DNA of 63,311 nt, filler included, from Lenisia limosa (taxonomy: Eukaryota; Protista; Breviatea), in assembly GCA_001655205.1 (NCBI GenBank). It is 8 parts of 8 records of this genome, joined end to end, with 100 filler letters (N's around TTAATTAATTAA, not from the genome) between each part and the next. Parts side by side here need not be neighbours in the genome. Positions count along the whole stretch, not along the records: positions 37,697 to 55,948 come from LPNZ01011000.1; 7 more parts are not named here. One strand, 5' to 3'. The notes beneath the pieces were generated by a model. It worked only from the letters and a program-made list of their open reading frames with translations, did not search any database and was not told where the DNA came from. Positions 38,928-51,240 of this stretch are shown in pieces; position 1 is the stretch's first letter; each line of letters begins with the position of its first letter. Both the position numbers and the translations under genes were made by a program.

Positions 38928-40688
38928 ACCATGCCAAAGAGTGAACTATCACAAAGAGCAAGATTCAAACCTTTTCAATCCTTTTGCAACATCCACAACA
39001 ACTTTTCTTGTTTCTTTTAGAATCTCTTTTCTTCCTTTTTTCAAATCAATTCAATCAAAGCGACCATTTGTTTTCCCGGATTTTACAGAAGCTTTCACCA
39101 AAGAAACATACCTTTCAAACGTCTTAATAAAGGTGCATTGTAGTGTACGCTTTTTATTGCAAGAAAGTCAAAAAATGACAACACTACATGCAATAATGAG
39201 CCCGATTGTAACCTATGCTCACTAGGTTCACCTGAATCTATTAAACACCTTCTCTCTGAATGTGACAACCCCCAAATATTGGAGGTCAGAACATCAACTC
39301 TAAATAAAGTCAAACTGGCCATCGGCGAATCTTTGCAATCTGATACTCATCCCCAAAATTCCAAAGATTATTTTATTACATGATTGGCCTTTTGATACCC
39401 TGTCCCCACTCCAAATGGAGGACTCCCCAGCTCACATTTATGACGCAAATATTCTATTCCACTATTTAGCAGCCGGCCTAGTGCCCAAATTTCGTGACAA
39501 ACTGTTAAATTTTGTATCCCCTATTGAGGCAATTATCGCCCCCAAAAAGCTGTCAACAATCATCCTTGATGGCTCATAAGAAACTAATAAGGAACTTTCT
39601 TGTTTCATACTAATCCAATAACCCAATCTCTCGGAATAATCTTCCCCTCTCCGCAACCCCAAGGCAAGCCTAATTATTTTTGGGCAAGCCTTTTGTTAAA
39701 GTGGATCTTTATACTATGGGACTATCTTACCACTATTGCTTTCTTCCCCCTTCCCTGAAATCACACAGAGGTGTGACAGACTGAGCCTGGTTAGCCAGTA
39801 CTCACACAGCTGCGGTTGGGGTCTCCGAGCACCTGGTGTGACTCGGGGGGGGGGGCGCTGTGGAGCGTGGGCGCAGTATGGTATTTTTTAATGGTATCTT
39901 CTTTGTTTCCCTAGTTTTTTAATGTATAGTATATCATATTATTTCTCTTGTTCAAAAAAACTGTATTGCATTATATCAAGCCTTAGAATCTCCTTAGAAT
40001 ACAGACAAAATCTTTATTACATATCTATATTAAGTGGTAGAAAAGTAAGGTCATTTGTGCACTAAGATTGTCTCATTTACCATCAACAGGAATATTTTGT
40101 CGCATTATTGAACTAAAACAGCTAAAAACAAAACATTAAGAATTTTCTTATTCATTTATTGCCCAATATACAAGATTAGAGTTTAAAATTCACAATGGAA
40201 AATTATCGATGACGTCATTTTCGGTCAGAACCCCATTTACGCTATATTAGTTTACCTCCATAGTCAGGCTTGCGCCGGAAAGCGCTGATATGTTGGCCTT
40301 TTTTAAAAGGGCTTGCCGGTTTTGTTAAAGGTTGAAAATTTGGAAAATGGTTGGCCTGGCTTATATCTTTTGATTTGTGGAAAATGAAAATTTTTTCATT
40401 GAGAAAGGTCAAAGTAGTGCAGGGCAACATTCTGAAAAACAAGGCCAAGAAACTGGCTGCGTTCCGGCATTTCCTGTAATATTTTTGTATTATGTTGTCG
40501 GAACTCTGTTTTTTATGAGCGAACGAAGCGAGCGTGTGCAAATTTTGAGGTTAAAAGTGAGCGCTATTGGTAAAGTAATGTTGTTAGTTTAAATTACAGA
40601 AGGTTCAGTATGGGATTTCTTTGCGTGCTGTCGTCCCTCTCTTGCTGCTGGTGAGCGAAGGAAATAAATTTGGTAATATTATCAAACA

Positions 40689-43600
40689 ATGAAACGTAGC
40701 AGAGGCAGAGACACATCAGGGACATTTTTTGCTATTCTCCCTGCTCCCTCCCTGTTTATTATTGTCACAACACTCCATTCTACACTACTTTGTAGCATAA
40801 TTGTAGTCTGGAAGCAGTCTGGTAGTCCCTACTGTAATAGTTGGAAATTATGCGCATGTGCTGATGCTGATGCTGATGCTTCATTCAATGACATGTTCAT
40901 GCAAGACATGGAAGGGGCACTTTCCGCCACCACTCTTGCTGTATGTTGGTCAAGATAACATTAAACCACAGTTGTTTTTGAGAACAAGTTGCTTTTACAC
41001 CATGGGCCTACAAACAAAGGGTTGAGAATGGTCTTAGGACAATCACTAGCTGGGAGAGACGGTAATTCAGGAAGGGTAGGGGTTGGAAGCTCAGGAATAG
41101 GTGTGGATGCATTCCTCTGACCATGCACTTCAATCTTCACTGGCTGAGGTTCTTTGGTGTAATCGCGGCGAGCAACAATGCGCAATCTTCAGCCTTTAAT
41201 GAGTCATTGGTTTTTGACTTTCTTCTGTAGTAACATCTTGGTCCGTCTTAGTGCTCTTAAGGTGAGATATTACTAACAAGGCTATTTTAGGGAAAGTGGC
41301 TATATGATCTTGTACATTTCTCCCTCTGCTTTCATTTGACTCTCTTTTTATCCTTGACCTAGTTAATAAACACGTTGCTCTACGTTGATATTCTATAATA
41401 TATTACTCTAACCATGATTTATATTTGGTTGGTCCCCTTTTAGACAACTTAAACCGGGATTTGTGATATTCTTCTTCATAAAAAATGATATAGTAGACTG
41501 AACTCTTAACTTGAGGAAATTGAAGTATCTGCTTTGATTCTTCAAGGAATATCGATGGAGATACTGCTGCTTAGCTTATTTTGACGTTTCTTTTCCAAAA
41601 AGCTCTAAAAATATTGTACCTATTTATGAAGTGTTTCCCCCCTTTTTTTCTATCTTGGAGGTCCGTCAAAGCGCTGTCAAGAGCGTTTTGGATCCCAATC
41701 ACCTGGTACTATACTGTAACGAAATGCAAGACTTTTTAACAAACTTTGAGGAAAATATGTGCGTTCCGAGGGGTGAAGAGAGCAATTATCATCAGGATTG
41801 GTATCGGGCAGAAGGTCTTCTTCTTCAATATTGGATATCACAGTGAGGGAGGGTAGTGCCTGTAGAATGAATACCCTAAAAAAACTCCAACCTTGACAGC
41901 CTTCATATGGTCTCCAGTTTTCACAAATGCCTTTAGAAGCCCTCAGACTACGCAAACGTCATATTTAGCTTTTTTGAAGATAAGATTGTTTCGATCAGAG
42001 CAGAACACACCAGAATAGTCTCCAAACAATGCNNNNNNNNNNNNNNNNNNNNNNNNNNNNNNNNNNNNNNNNNNNNNNNNNNNNNNNNNNNNNNNNNNNN
42101 NNNNNNNNNNNNNNNNNNNNNNNNNNNNNNNNNNNNNNNNNNNNNNNNNNNNNNNNNNNNNNNNNNNNNNNNNNNNNNNNNNNNNNNNNNNNNNNNNNNN
42201 NNNNNNNNNNNNNNNNNNNNNNNNGCAATATGACATATGACTATCTCTTACAACGGTGGAGTGCAAAGAGTGAAATATTTTTGTTGTCAATTCATGAACA
42301 ATATATTGAGCCATATAGTGCTACAGGGTCAAAAGGGAACAAGGTTTTTCAGTAAGAATTTTGGTCTCTGTGTTAGCAGGAACGCCAGTAACTGGTACAG
42401 CGAAATGGTCAATTGATGGAGAAAGAGGATGAAAAGGAGTCTTAGCAAGATGGAGAATATGGTGGCTTGACAACTGGACTGTGAAAATTTGAAGGAACTC
42501 ACCTTAGAGGAGGGAAGTGCGAATCGAAGGAATGGAACTTGGGAGAGAGAACTAACGCAATTAGAAGACAATGAGAATGACAACCTATGAACGAGGCTTG
42601 GAGCTTTTTTGAGGACAGCAGCAACAGCAGGTTTCCAAGTTGCCTAAAGAGTCAACACAATATACTGTCAGTTTCAGATTTACTTCTTAGTTCACACCTC
42701 TCTCTCAAAACAGACATTCTTGCGTCGTTTTTCAAACTTATTGTAGGAATTTCTTAGCATTACCCTTTCAGCCAGAGGATCAACGTGAAGAGTTTAGTGC
42801 AACTTCCGACCCGCTCCAGGCCTATCATTATGCCGGCTACACTGTATTAGCCGGGGCAGTTCGATGGATGGACACTTAGTCGACGCGCGTGGACACTCAA
42901 TCTCTTGACTGTACGCCCAGCTCGGTTGCAATAACGCAATAACTGTTCAGCTTCTTGCTTTGTACCCCACAGAGAGGAAAGCTCTAGAATCGCGATTGTT
43001 TGCCACGGTTCATAACTATCCCCAGGGCTGGGAATTGGATGTAAGGAAGTGCGTATGCTTTTAAAGCTGCCTGTCTCACATTGACATTGTGGGGCAACCA
43101 GGCGGGAAGATAAGTGCGAAAATGGTTAATTTGGCTTTCAAAGTGCATGACAAGCTGAAGAATGCTACCTGGACAGGGACCTACAGCAATTAGAGAAATA
43201 TCTTTATTGAAATAGTTATGGGTATTTGAAAAACAGACTACATGCAAGTGTACCTTCATTAGGCTTGAGTGCCTGATGTTCAATAACAAATGAAAGGACT
43301 TCCCTCAGATAGCAAACTGCTGACCAACAATAATGTAGCAGCTTATCCATAAACCAAGCATCAAGCAAAAGCAAGTCCTAAAAAACGTAAAAAACAACAC
43401 TCATAAGCATCATGAAACATGGGGAAGAGTATTGCTCCATTTGGCTTTTCCCTCATTGGACTAGTCTCTAACTTAATCAAACCCCAAGAAGAATCCAATG
43501 TTGAAACCATCATGTTTTACATAACAAAAGAATATTATATATCATATAATGCATGTGTTATGAAATTACTATTAGAACATCTCCTGTTGTTTACTCTTTA

Positions 43601-43690
43601 GAAGACTGAATCGATTGAATGTGGCATGAAAACCGCAGTACCACTAGCTATTGAAGCAAGTTTTGGTGCTATTCTGCATGGGAGAGGGTA
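40689..43690 (+). pseudogene. Patchy coding-like segments with interspersed stops (possible decayed or misassembled gene; strand not fully resolved)
   Basis: Splice-flanked segments such as VRQSAVKSVLDPNH...LQYWISQ, NFLALPFQPEDQREE..., TVQLLALYPTERKALESRL..., KTESIECGMKTAVPLAIEASFG; could not be joined into one clean frame. Confidence 0.3.
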
Positions 43691-44876
43691 ACTAATCTTC
43701 TTAAACTGTAAATATTGTTTTTTGTGAAGAGTTGGGAAGTGTGTAGCAAACAGCTTTTTCTTTCTCTTTTCTTTCAACTAGATAAAAGACATATGGCATG
43801 TCCAAAATATGGTCACAAATAATAAAATATAAAAGGTATATTTGACGTTTAGAGCGATAAAAATCATGAAGAACATGTTGATACGCTAAAGAAACGTTTT
43901 TTCTTACACAATGTGCTTCATGATCTTGTTCTCACTTGGTACTATTTCGTCTTCATGCAAGTCAGAAGGCATCAGAAACGCAGAAGATCCTGAGAACAAG
44001 TTAATATAAAAATTATTTGTTCATGAAACAAGACAGAGCTCCTGTTGAGAAGGGGAGTTGCTGGGAAAAGGAAACACAGCAAGATCAGTTGAAAGAGATC
44101 ACTGAGAAAACATTAAAAACACCAAGCATCGAAACAGTGGTTGTACTTGACATAATCAATAATGAAGGACCTAAGAACACACTATCATCTACTTTCGAAA
44201 CAAAAGAACTTCTCCAACCACGATCGGTAAATAGGGTTTAAGCTGCTGAATAAATTTTTAATTAGCATTATCTTCTCTTGACAGCGTAAGAAGAGGCAAA
44301 AAAAGAAATGGTTTTTTGAGCCACCTTTGCTTTGAGCCTGCTTGGAAGACCTTGCCTTTCTTGTGCTCATTTACTTGCTACATATATATACATGTACTCT
44401 AATGAAAATTACCAGAGGAAGTTAAATCTCCACATTATATTTTCCGAAAAATTCAAATACACGCCAAAAATGACCCGACCTTAAATTATCAATAATCTCA
44501 ATTTTTTTTTATTAGTCAAGTATTGTTATAGGTTTTTATGAAAGAAAGAAGGAGGGAGAGGCAACTGTAAATATGTAGCAAATGTAACTTAGTGTACAAT
44601 AACACTGTGTTGCCAGAAAGTTCACCCTTTCGCGTTCTATCTGATAATATTTAAATAACCAGGATGATTCGAACGAGCAGGATAACAAGGTGGGAGCCGC
44701 ACTAAATCACAATCCGAGTTTTTCGTTCCGGCATTTATTCCTCCATGATTCACGGCAGCTGTAGAAAATATTCCCTCAATTCACGGATATTTTCGAGGAG
44801 TTGGTCGGATTCAGTCAATAGGGTCAGACCCCCATCTACGATATTACTTTACCTCTATGGAAAATTGATGAAATTT

Positions 44877-44945
44877 CAAGTTCAAAGTTCAAGTTCAAGC
44901 TCAAGTTCAAGTTCAAGCTCAAGTTCAAGCTCAAGTTCAAGTTCA
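44877..44945. repeat. Hexamer microsatellite (AAGTTC/AAGCTC)n, about 11 units
   Basis: aagttcaagttcaagctcaagttcaagttcaagctc... Confidence 0.95.
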
Positions 44946-45108
44946 GGGGCGCAAGGGTTGAGCAGTGGTTGAGCAAGGGTGCAGGTTTGAGTTGGGTTTG
45001 AGCAAAGGCTTGGGAAGGGCAGCACAGGTTGCAGGTTGGCAGCCTGGTAGTAGTTATTAATTTTCATGAAAACTGCATTGTGTGATTCCCTTTGTCCTTT
45101 TTGTTATC

Positions 45109-46343
45109 ATGTCCGGAAATGCAGAGGTTGATGACCTCTTAAGAACTCTTATTAAGCTGGCTAAGGAGTCCAGTCCAGTTTCAGAGCTAATTTATCGAAA
45201 GTAGGATTTGGAAGGAATTCATCTTTTGACCAATCAGTCATTTTATCTATTTTATTTTTAAATTGTAGGCCTAATGAAGAAAAGAAGTCTGCTGAATCTT
45301 CTCCTCCCCCACTGGTTAGCAATTCTTCCAAGTACAAAGAACGTATCAGCTTGTTCTCAGAGAAACCTGTTTCCACAACAACTATCCACCGGTTTGAAGA
45401 GCAAGAAGGATGGGTGTTTAGCAAAGAGGAGGTTGAAGATCGGGAAATGAGTGGGGAAGACTCCAGTAGTGATGATGGCAATGCAGGGGAGAATGAAAGG
45501 GAGCTGCTTTCAGACAACTCCTCGCACTCGACATTGCTCCTAGATAGTGTCAATTCTGAAGCGTCACCACCATCTAATACTCAATCCATTATGGTTGCTC
45601 GTCAAGTTTCAGTGGAGCAGGTCAAGCCATCCCGCCCCCCACGGGAATCTCAAAGCTCACTGCTAACAATCAAAGAAACCCCAACTGATTCACGATCCAG
45701 TGCTGCAACTACTGACAAAGACTCTGTTCCTATCTTTAACCCCCTTGATGATACCCCACGGTGCAACAGGGACCCATTAAGAGTGCCCCTTCCTTCTTCT
45801 ATTCCAGACCATCCTCTTTTTCGAGTTGCATACGTGCCTGGACCAAGGCAGCTTAAGACTCCCCAGGTTTGGTTTCTTTCTTTTGTATATGATCAGTGCC
45901 TATTTATCGATTTCTTTACCTACATGTTTTTGTGAAAGTTGAGACATTTATCTACCCAATACTATTCCCCCTCCCCCCCCCCCATCAAATGCTACNNNNN
46001 NNNNNNNNNNNNNNNNNNNNNNNNNNNNNNNNNNNNNNNNNNNNNNNNNNNNNNNNNNNNNNNNNNNNNNNNNNNNNNNNCGGCGGTCAATGGTTGGTCT
46101 GGCTAAGTATTCCTACTTATATTACAGCGCATGTCATCAGGCAAGCTGTCCATACACCAGCCGAAAGTAAAAGCTAGCGCCCTGTCTAATTCTATTCGCT
46201 TACTTGAATCTGAAATGGACAACATCATCCTGGGCACTGACGGAAGGCCCCTAGCAGTGGTTGGAGAAAGAGGGGTTCTGGGCTTTGTCCTTGCTGTTTT
46301 GACTGCTTTAGACAAGAAAAGACACGCAGTCTCTTCAACTTAA
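45109..46343 (+). CDS. Hypothetical Ser/Pro-rich protein, multi-exon
   Basis: MSGNAEVDDLLRTLIKLAK...|KPNEEKK...600-nt low-complexity exon...LKTPQ| (gap) |RMSSGKL...KRHAVSST*. Confidence 0.6.
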
Positions 46344-46404
46344 GATTTTGGTCGGTTGTGTATTCACTATAATTAAATGTTTCTACACTAAACTTACTTC
46401 AAAA

Positions 46405-47070
46405 TGGACAATCCTATTAAAACGTATAGATCAACCTTGGAAACGTAACAGAAAAAAAAGAAATTGATGTTCGAGTATCGACCTCTGCTAGTGTTGATGA
46501 GGTAAGTGCAATCAAGTTCTCATATGTAGGCAATTGGAGACATTCTTGTTGCCTGGATTGAAGCAAAACGGATACCTGAACTCGAAAGACGACGCCTTGC
46601 GTTTGATTTGCGCATGTTAGACGATGGAATTGTGGATGAAGATTTTCCCCGTATGCGCATTGAACCCCAAGGTTAAGAATATTAATTATCTTTTTCATAA
46701 TTCCTTCACACCTTTAGCTCTTGGACGCATGCAGCCCATATCAAGATTCGTCAACACTGATCTTGCTTTGTGTGTTAACCCCCATGCACCTGAGGTGTTA
46801 GCCCGTCCCCGACCAACAGCTTACAGTTTGTGGGATGGATGATTGTGATGTTTTTTTTTTTTCTTTCAAAAAAACACTTTTCTCTCATTTCTACAACATG
46901 CTGGTCATTTGTATGGACCATATTCACAAGTGATATCATCGCCCTTGTACACACGGGACCGCTCTTGGAATCATGGCTAAACATATGAGGGAAATGATTG
47001 GAAACGTCATTTTTTACAGTGATTTTATCACATTGGTCCCAAATCGTCTTGTAAAAGGAAGTCCTTCCAC
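46405..47070 (+). pseudogene. Spliced gene with RPCTHGTALG motif and an apparent 1-nt deletion; paralog of 49090-50032
   Basis: Exons AIGDILVAWIEAKRIPELERR...EPQ|LGRMQPISRF...; alignment to the paralog needs a -1 frameshift at 46935. Confidence 0.45.
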
Positions 47071-47777
47071 TTAAAAGGGGAAAGGTGACGGAGAGAGGAG
47101 GCACCCTAGTATTTTTATATCATATGTGTATATGACATTCCGATAACGTGTCACCTCACCTTTCTTACCCCCTTTCCCTTTTATCCCGTAGACGTAATAA
47201 TTCAGTTGCTTGTTGTTTCAAAATTCTTAGGGTATTATGTGTGGCCCGTGGAAGAATGTCTGGAGAAAATTCCAACTTGGTGAACCTTTAATACACGGAA
47301 AAGTAACAAAAAAACACAAACAATTTGGAAAGAAAGAACCTGAAACAAGACAAAATAAATATCACTCACGGGGGGAAACGGAAGGTGTAAACGAGGCAAT
47401 CCTTGATTAAGGTGAAAGGGTGTTGAATACAACGAAGGATATTGATTATGACGCTGAAAGATGATTTAATTGAATAAACCGTTCGGAAGACAAACCTCAT
47501 GATTTGTGGCGAGCTGAAAAAAAACGGGCGTTTACAATAATATAAATCGAGTTAAGGTAATTGGGTGACTTCAGTTCACTTCAAAAAATACCTTTGTCTA
47601 TTTTGTGCAATTTAGTGTACAGTTTGTCAATAAAAACTCCATTTCCTCAAAATAGTCTTTGATAAAAGCAAAAAGAAAGTGGGGTTTGCTGGGCAAGGCC
47701 AAATTAAGCATTATGTGTGAATACTTTTATCAGATAGGTAGGAATATGTACGTATTTAATCCTATTAACGGAGATAG

Positions 47778-48864
47778 ATGTGAGAGTAAACCTCCCTACA
47801 GCAAGCAGCACACGGGTCAAAGCGAAACTTAGGTAGACCAACTGTTTCATTTGGAGTGCGGTCTCATGACATAGTTCTACTCTTCAGCAAGTGTTCAACA
47901 TGGTCACTGAGAAACGTCACCTTCGTCAAGACGGTTTGGTCGTCAAAGTCCCTGGTGTATCCAAGGTAGGTTCTTCTTTTCCGAATTATTGTAGCCAAAC
48001 ATGACGCAAACTTTGGCAGAACTTGGTTCCCCTGATCAAATCACCTTAAGTTACGTTGACTCTATTAAAGGTACTTCAATCACTGTTTATTATTTTCAAT
48101 CACTTTGTATGTAATTCTTTGAACTATGATTTTAGCTATCATATTATTGTGCGGTGGACAACTCATTTTTTTTTAGTCAAACCTGCAGAAAAACAAATAT
48201 CTCCTCAAAATACAGGTGAGGGGGGGGGGTAATTTGAGCTTGTTACTAATCTTTACAGTAGCTTCCAATACTTCGTTTGAACTTTTGATGACGCTTACTT
48301 CAGCTTCTCAATACAAGGTTTGTATCACGGGACTTTTGGAATAGTGAGCTTTTCAATTTACTTTTTTTTTAGGAATATGATGTTGTTAAAGTGAACAAAT
48401 TTGGTATTTCTCAGGTGTGGTTTGGAAATACTGTTCCACCAGTTTCAATTCCTTTCTCACCACCTAGAACCGAGTGATGGGAATAGATGGAAACTCCATC
48501 TATAATCTTCTTCCAAAGCACTTAAGAGGGAAGAAAGAAGTCAAACGAGTGAGCTCCAGCAATATCTTTTCTTGTTGTCGCCTTGTTTTATCACGTAGAA
48601 CTCTCGACGGTTTGAAGAAGTGATTGAGGCAAGGGTTGTCACCGCAAACCCTTCGCATTTTAGGTGTTTTTTTGTTTTGTTTTTTTTGGCTTACCGTGTA
48701 GTATTGAGTACGGAGGGCCAAATGTTAAGGAGGCTAGAGTCTATGATTATCGCTCATCAAATCCTCAAGATGCTGGTTGGATTATTGAAGTTGCTGGAAT
48801 ATTTGATAAATTCAATATTATATTTATACATAATGGACGAGAAAAAACAACTGCAACCATATAA
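47778..48864 (+). CDS. SIN1/Avo1/RIP3-like protein: Ras-binding (ubiquitin-like) domain plus SIN1-type PH domain; 5' end unresolved
   Basis: Spliced DVRVNLPTASSTRVKAKL|SSTLQQVFNMVTEKRHL...TLAELG (RBD-like) then SASQYK|EYDVVKVNKFGISQ|NRVMGIDGNSIYN...HF|SIEYGG...RVYDYRS (SIN1-PH-like). Orthology is not established. Confidence 0.65.
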
Positions 48865-49089
48865 ATCTTGAATCATTGTTTTTTTTTTTACCGGATATTA
48901 CACGTACTCTTTCGCTAATAAATGCTCATTGTGTTCTTAGCAACATCATATACCCATGGGATTTTTGATCGGCATCATTTTCCCTGGGACTTTTGTCATT
49001 TTTGCCCAAAAATGTTGTTTTTCCCTGGGAAGAATATTTTTCTGTCACAAAAATAAAAATTGCTGATCGCTAAATTTGAAGATCAGGGA

Positions 49090-50032
49090 TGGGCGAGGAG
49101 GAGAGTGAAACCGCATTTTGGCAGTATTTTGAACATGGTTACATTGAATTCTTAAGAGAGGAGAGGAGGATACTCAAATGAACAAAAAGCTAAGCGTGAA
49201 ACAGGTCAAAGCTTGGGTTGAAAGCGACATCTAAAGGAAATAGTAAAGTATCACGCATGCTTCAAAAAAAGTGACACAAATCAAGAACCAAACACCCCTG
49301 AGAAGAATTCACCAAGAAAGGTTGCTTTTTAAACGACCAAAGAGCGTTCGAAAAAGAAACATTTTCGAAGGTTTGAAAAGAGAAATTCAAAAAGAAAGGC
49401 TACTGCTTAAATAGTAGAAAAAGGGTGACCAAGTTCAGTTCACTTTTATCTAATTTCGTAACATTAAAATTGGCTTTTTCTATTAGTGATTCATGCTTGT
49501 TGTCTTCAAATTGAGATTAATGTGCAGAAAACACTAGTGAACAACACTTTATATTAATCTAGAGGGAAAACAGGATGGAAAAGCGGAAAGATGGTCAAGA
49601 GATCATGGGAGGGAAAATCGAACGCAGACATCAAGTTGGAAGTCCCCCTTATTTCACCATTTCCAGAAAAGTGAGTACTTTTGATAATGAACGATGAATG
49701 ACAAAAGTCTCTGGGAAAATTATGCCTCTCAAAATGATCGCCCATGTACACACGGGACCGCCCTTGGGAACGTAGTTGGGATGGGTCTCGACTTTTTGTT
49801 GGCTGCACAAATGGCAGAAAGAAATGTTCATAAACATTCTAAAACCATTCATGATGCTCCCCAAAAGACAGGTCTTCAGCCTGATCGATCAGTTGAGGAG
49901 GAAGTTGAGTGCAATTTAACTCCTGAAATCATGATTAATTGCTTTTGTTGTATTTACGTGCTAAGCACTACAGAGAACAATAAAGAAGAGAAGAGTAAAG
50001 GAGGAATCCAGCAACTTTTAGAATACCCTTGA
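49090..50032 (+). pseudogene. Decayed paralog carrying RPCTHGTALG
   Basis: Coding-like text interrupted by stops (MGEEESETAFWQYFE...*; KQVKAWVESDI*) and the ORF WENYASQNDRPCTHGTALGNVVG. Confidence 0.45.
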
Positions 50033-50344
50033 GGAGATCCTTGAAAAGCTCCAGTCAATCATCCTCAAAAGAAACTCTCTGATGTTAAGGCTGAGAGCAG
50101 GTGATGTCAACCAACCAAAAAGATCAATAGAAAAGAATGAATCATCTTGCTCTTCTAAAACAATTTCCACTCTAAAAAGGTCAATAAGAAGGGATTTCAA
50201 GAAGGAGTCAATCAATAATTAGCTTTTTTTCAAAATAATGTTGTAGATAATATTATTTTCTACAAAAGATTGCAACTTATTGCGCAATTATTTTCAATTA
50301 ATTGAGAATACATTTCTTCGAAAATTTTTTTTGCCAATTATGGC

Positions 50345-50365
50345 AATTAGTTGCAAGGAGCCCTA
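50345..50365. mobile_element. Solo right TIR of MITE family B
   Basis: aattagttgcaaggagcccta resembles aattaattgcacggagcccta. Confidence 0.55.
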
Positions 50366-50468
50366 GTTGTTCTACTTTAAAAGGTTCCAAAAAGGTCACC
50401 ACCCGATATGTCTCTTGAAGAAACTTTAGATCAAAAGTTTGAACTGTCTAAAAAATAAAACACAATAA

Positions 50469-50799
50469 ATATCACACCGTCCATATATCTGTGAATTTTC
50501 CTCTCTCTGTGAAAACAAGCCAAATGAACANNNNNNNNNNNNNNNNNNNNNNNNNNNNNNNNNNNNNNNNNNNNNNNNNNNNNNNNNNNNNNNNNNNNNN
50601 NNNNNNNNNNNNNNNNNNNNNNNNNNAGCAGTCTCGCCAAAATAAAAATGTTGTCATCAACAAATAAAGGTTATTGTCATTTTTTGTTACAAGAGTGTTA
50701 CGACAATTTTCCATGCCATATTTTTAGCAAAAATTTTCGCATAGTTCAAATAAATTCACAGAAAGAGGAAAATTCACAGATATGTGGACGGTGTGATAT
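50469..50799. mobile_element. Foldback/MITE-like element with about 44-bp TIRs spanning a gap
   Basis: atatcacaccgtccatatatctgtgaattttcctctctctgtgaa (50469-50513) is the near-perfect reverse complement of ttcacagaaagaggaaaattcacagatatgtggacggtgtgatat (50755-50799). Confidence 0.75.
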
Positions 50800-51021
50800 G
50801 TGATAGGCTCATCACTAAACTAGCTGAAAGAAGGTAATTTAAAGCAGGTTATAGTTCTTGAAAGTTATCACTGATATTATAACATAAACTTACGGTGACG
50901 TCATATTTTTACACTTTTCACTAGAATATAACTAAGATATTCCAAATCCCACCCTCCCTCTACCTCAAAGGTTCTGTCTTCCACCCCCCACCATCCCAAG
51001 GTTACCCTACTCCTACCACCC

Positions 51022-51240
51022 ATGCTCTATTCTCCTTCATCAACACTCACTGCCTTTTCAACTGCCCCAACCTCTACCCCCGCACTCCAGCATTCCCGCG
51101 AACCAACTGCTTTCGAGAAGGCCCAGGCTCTCACCACCATCAACACGGCTGAGCCTGAAGGTTGTATTAAATTTGAGCAAGCCCTTGCTAATCAGGCAGT
51201 GTCCTTTGTGCCTAAGAACGCCCAAGTCCGGAGTTCGTGA
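51022..51240 (+). pseudogene. Short intronless ORF sharing the FEQALA.QA motif with 62284-62866
   Basis: GCIKFEQALANQAVSFV vs GITFEQALAQQAIARV. Confidence 0.4.

Noticed and set aside
44745-45067. Poly-Ser and ELELEL ORFs
   Set aside because: Read-through of the hexamer microsatellite; no independent coding support
40820-46935. In-frame TAG/TGA codons suggesting a non-standard code or selenocysteine
   Set aside because: spg1 ends in TAG and PRP28 in TAA, long exons are stop-free under the standard code, and the 46931 TGA is better explained by a 1-nt deletion
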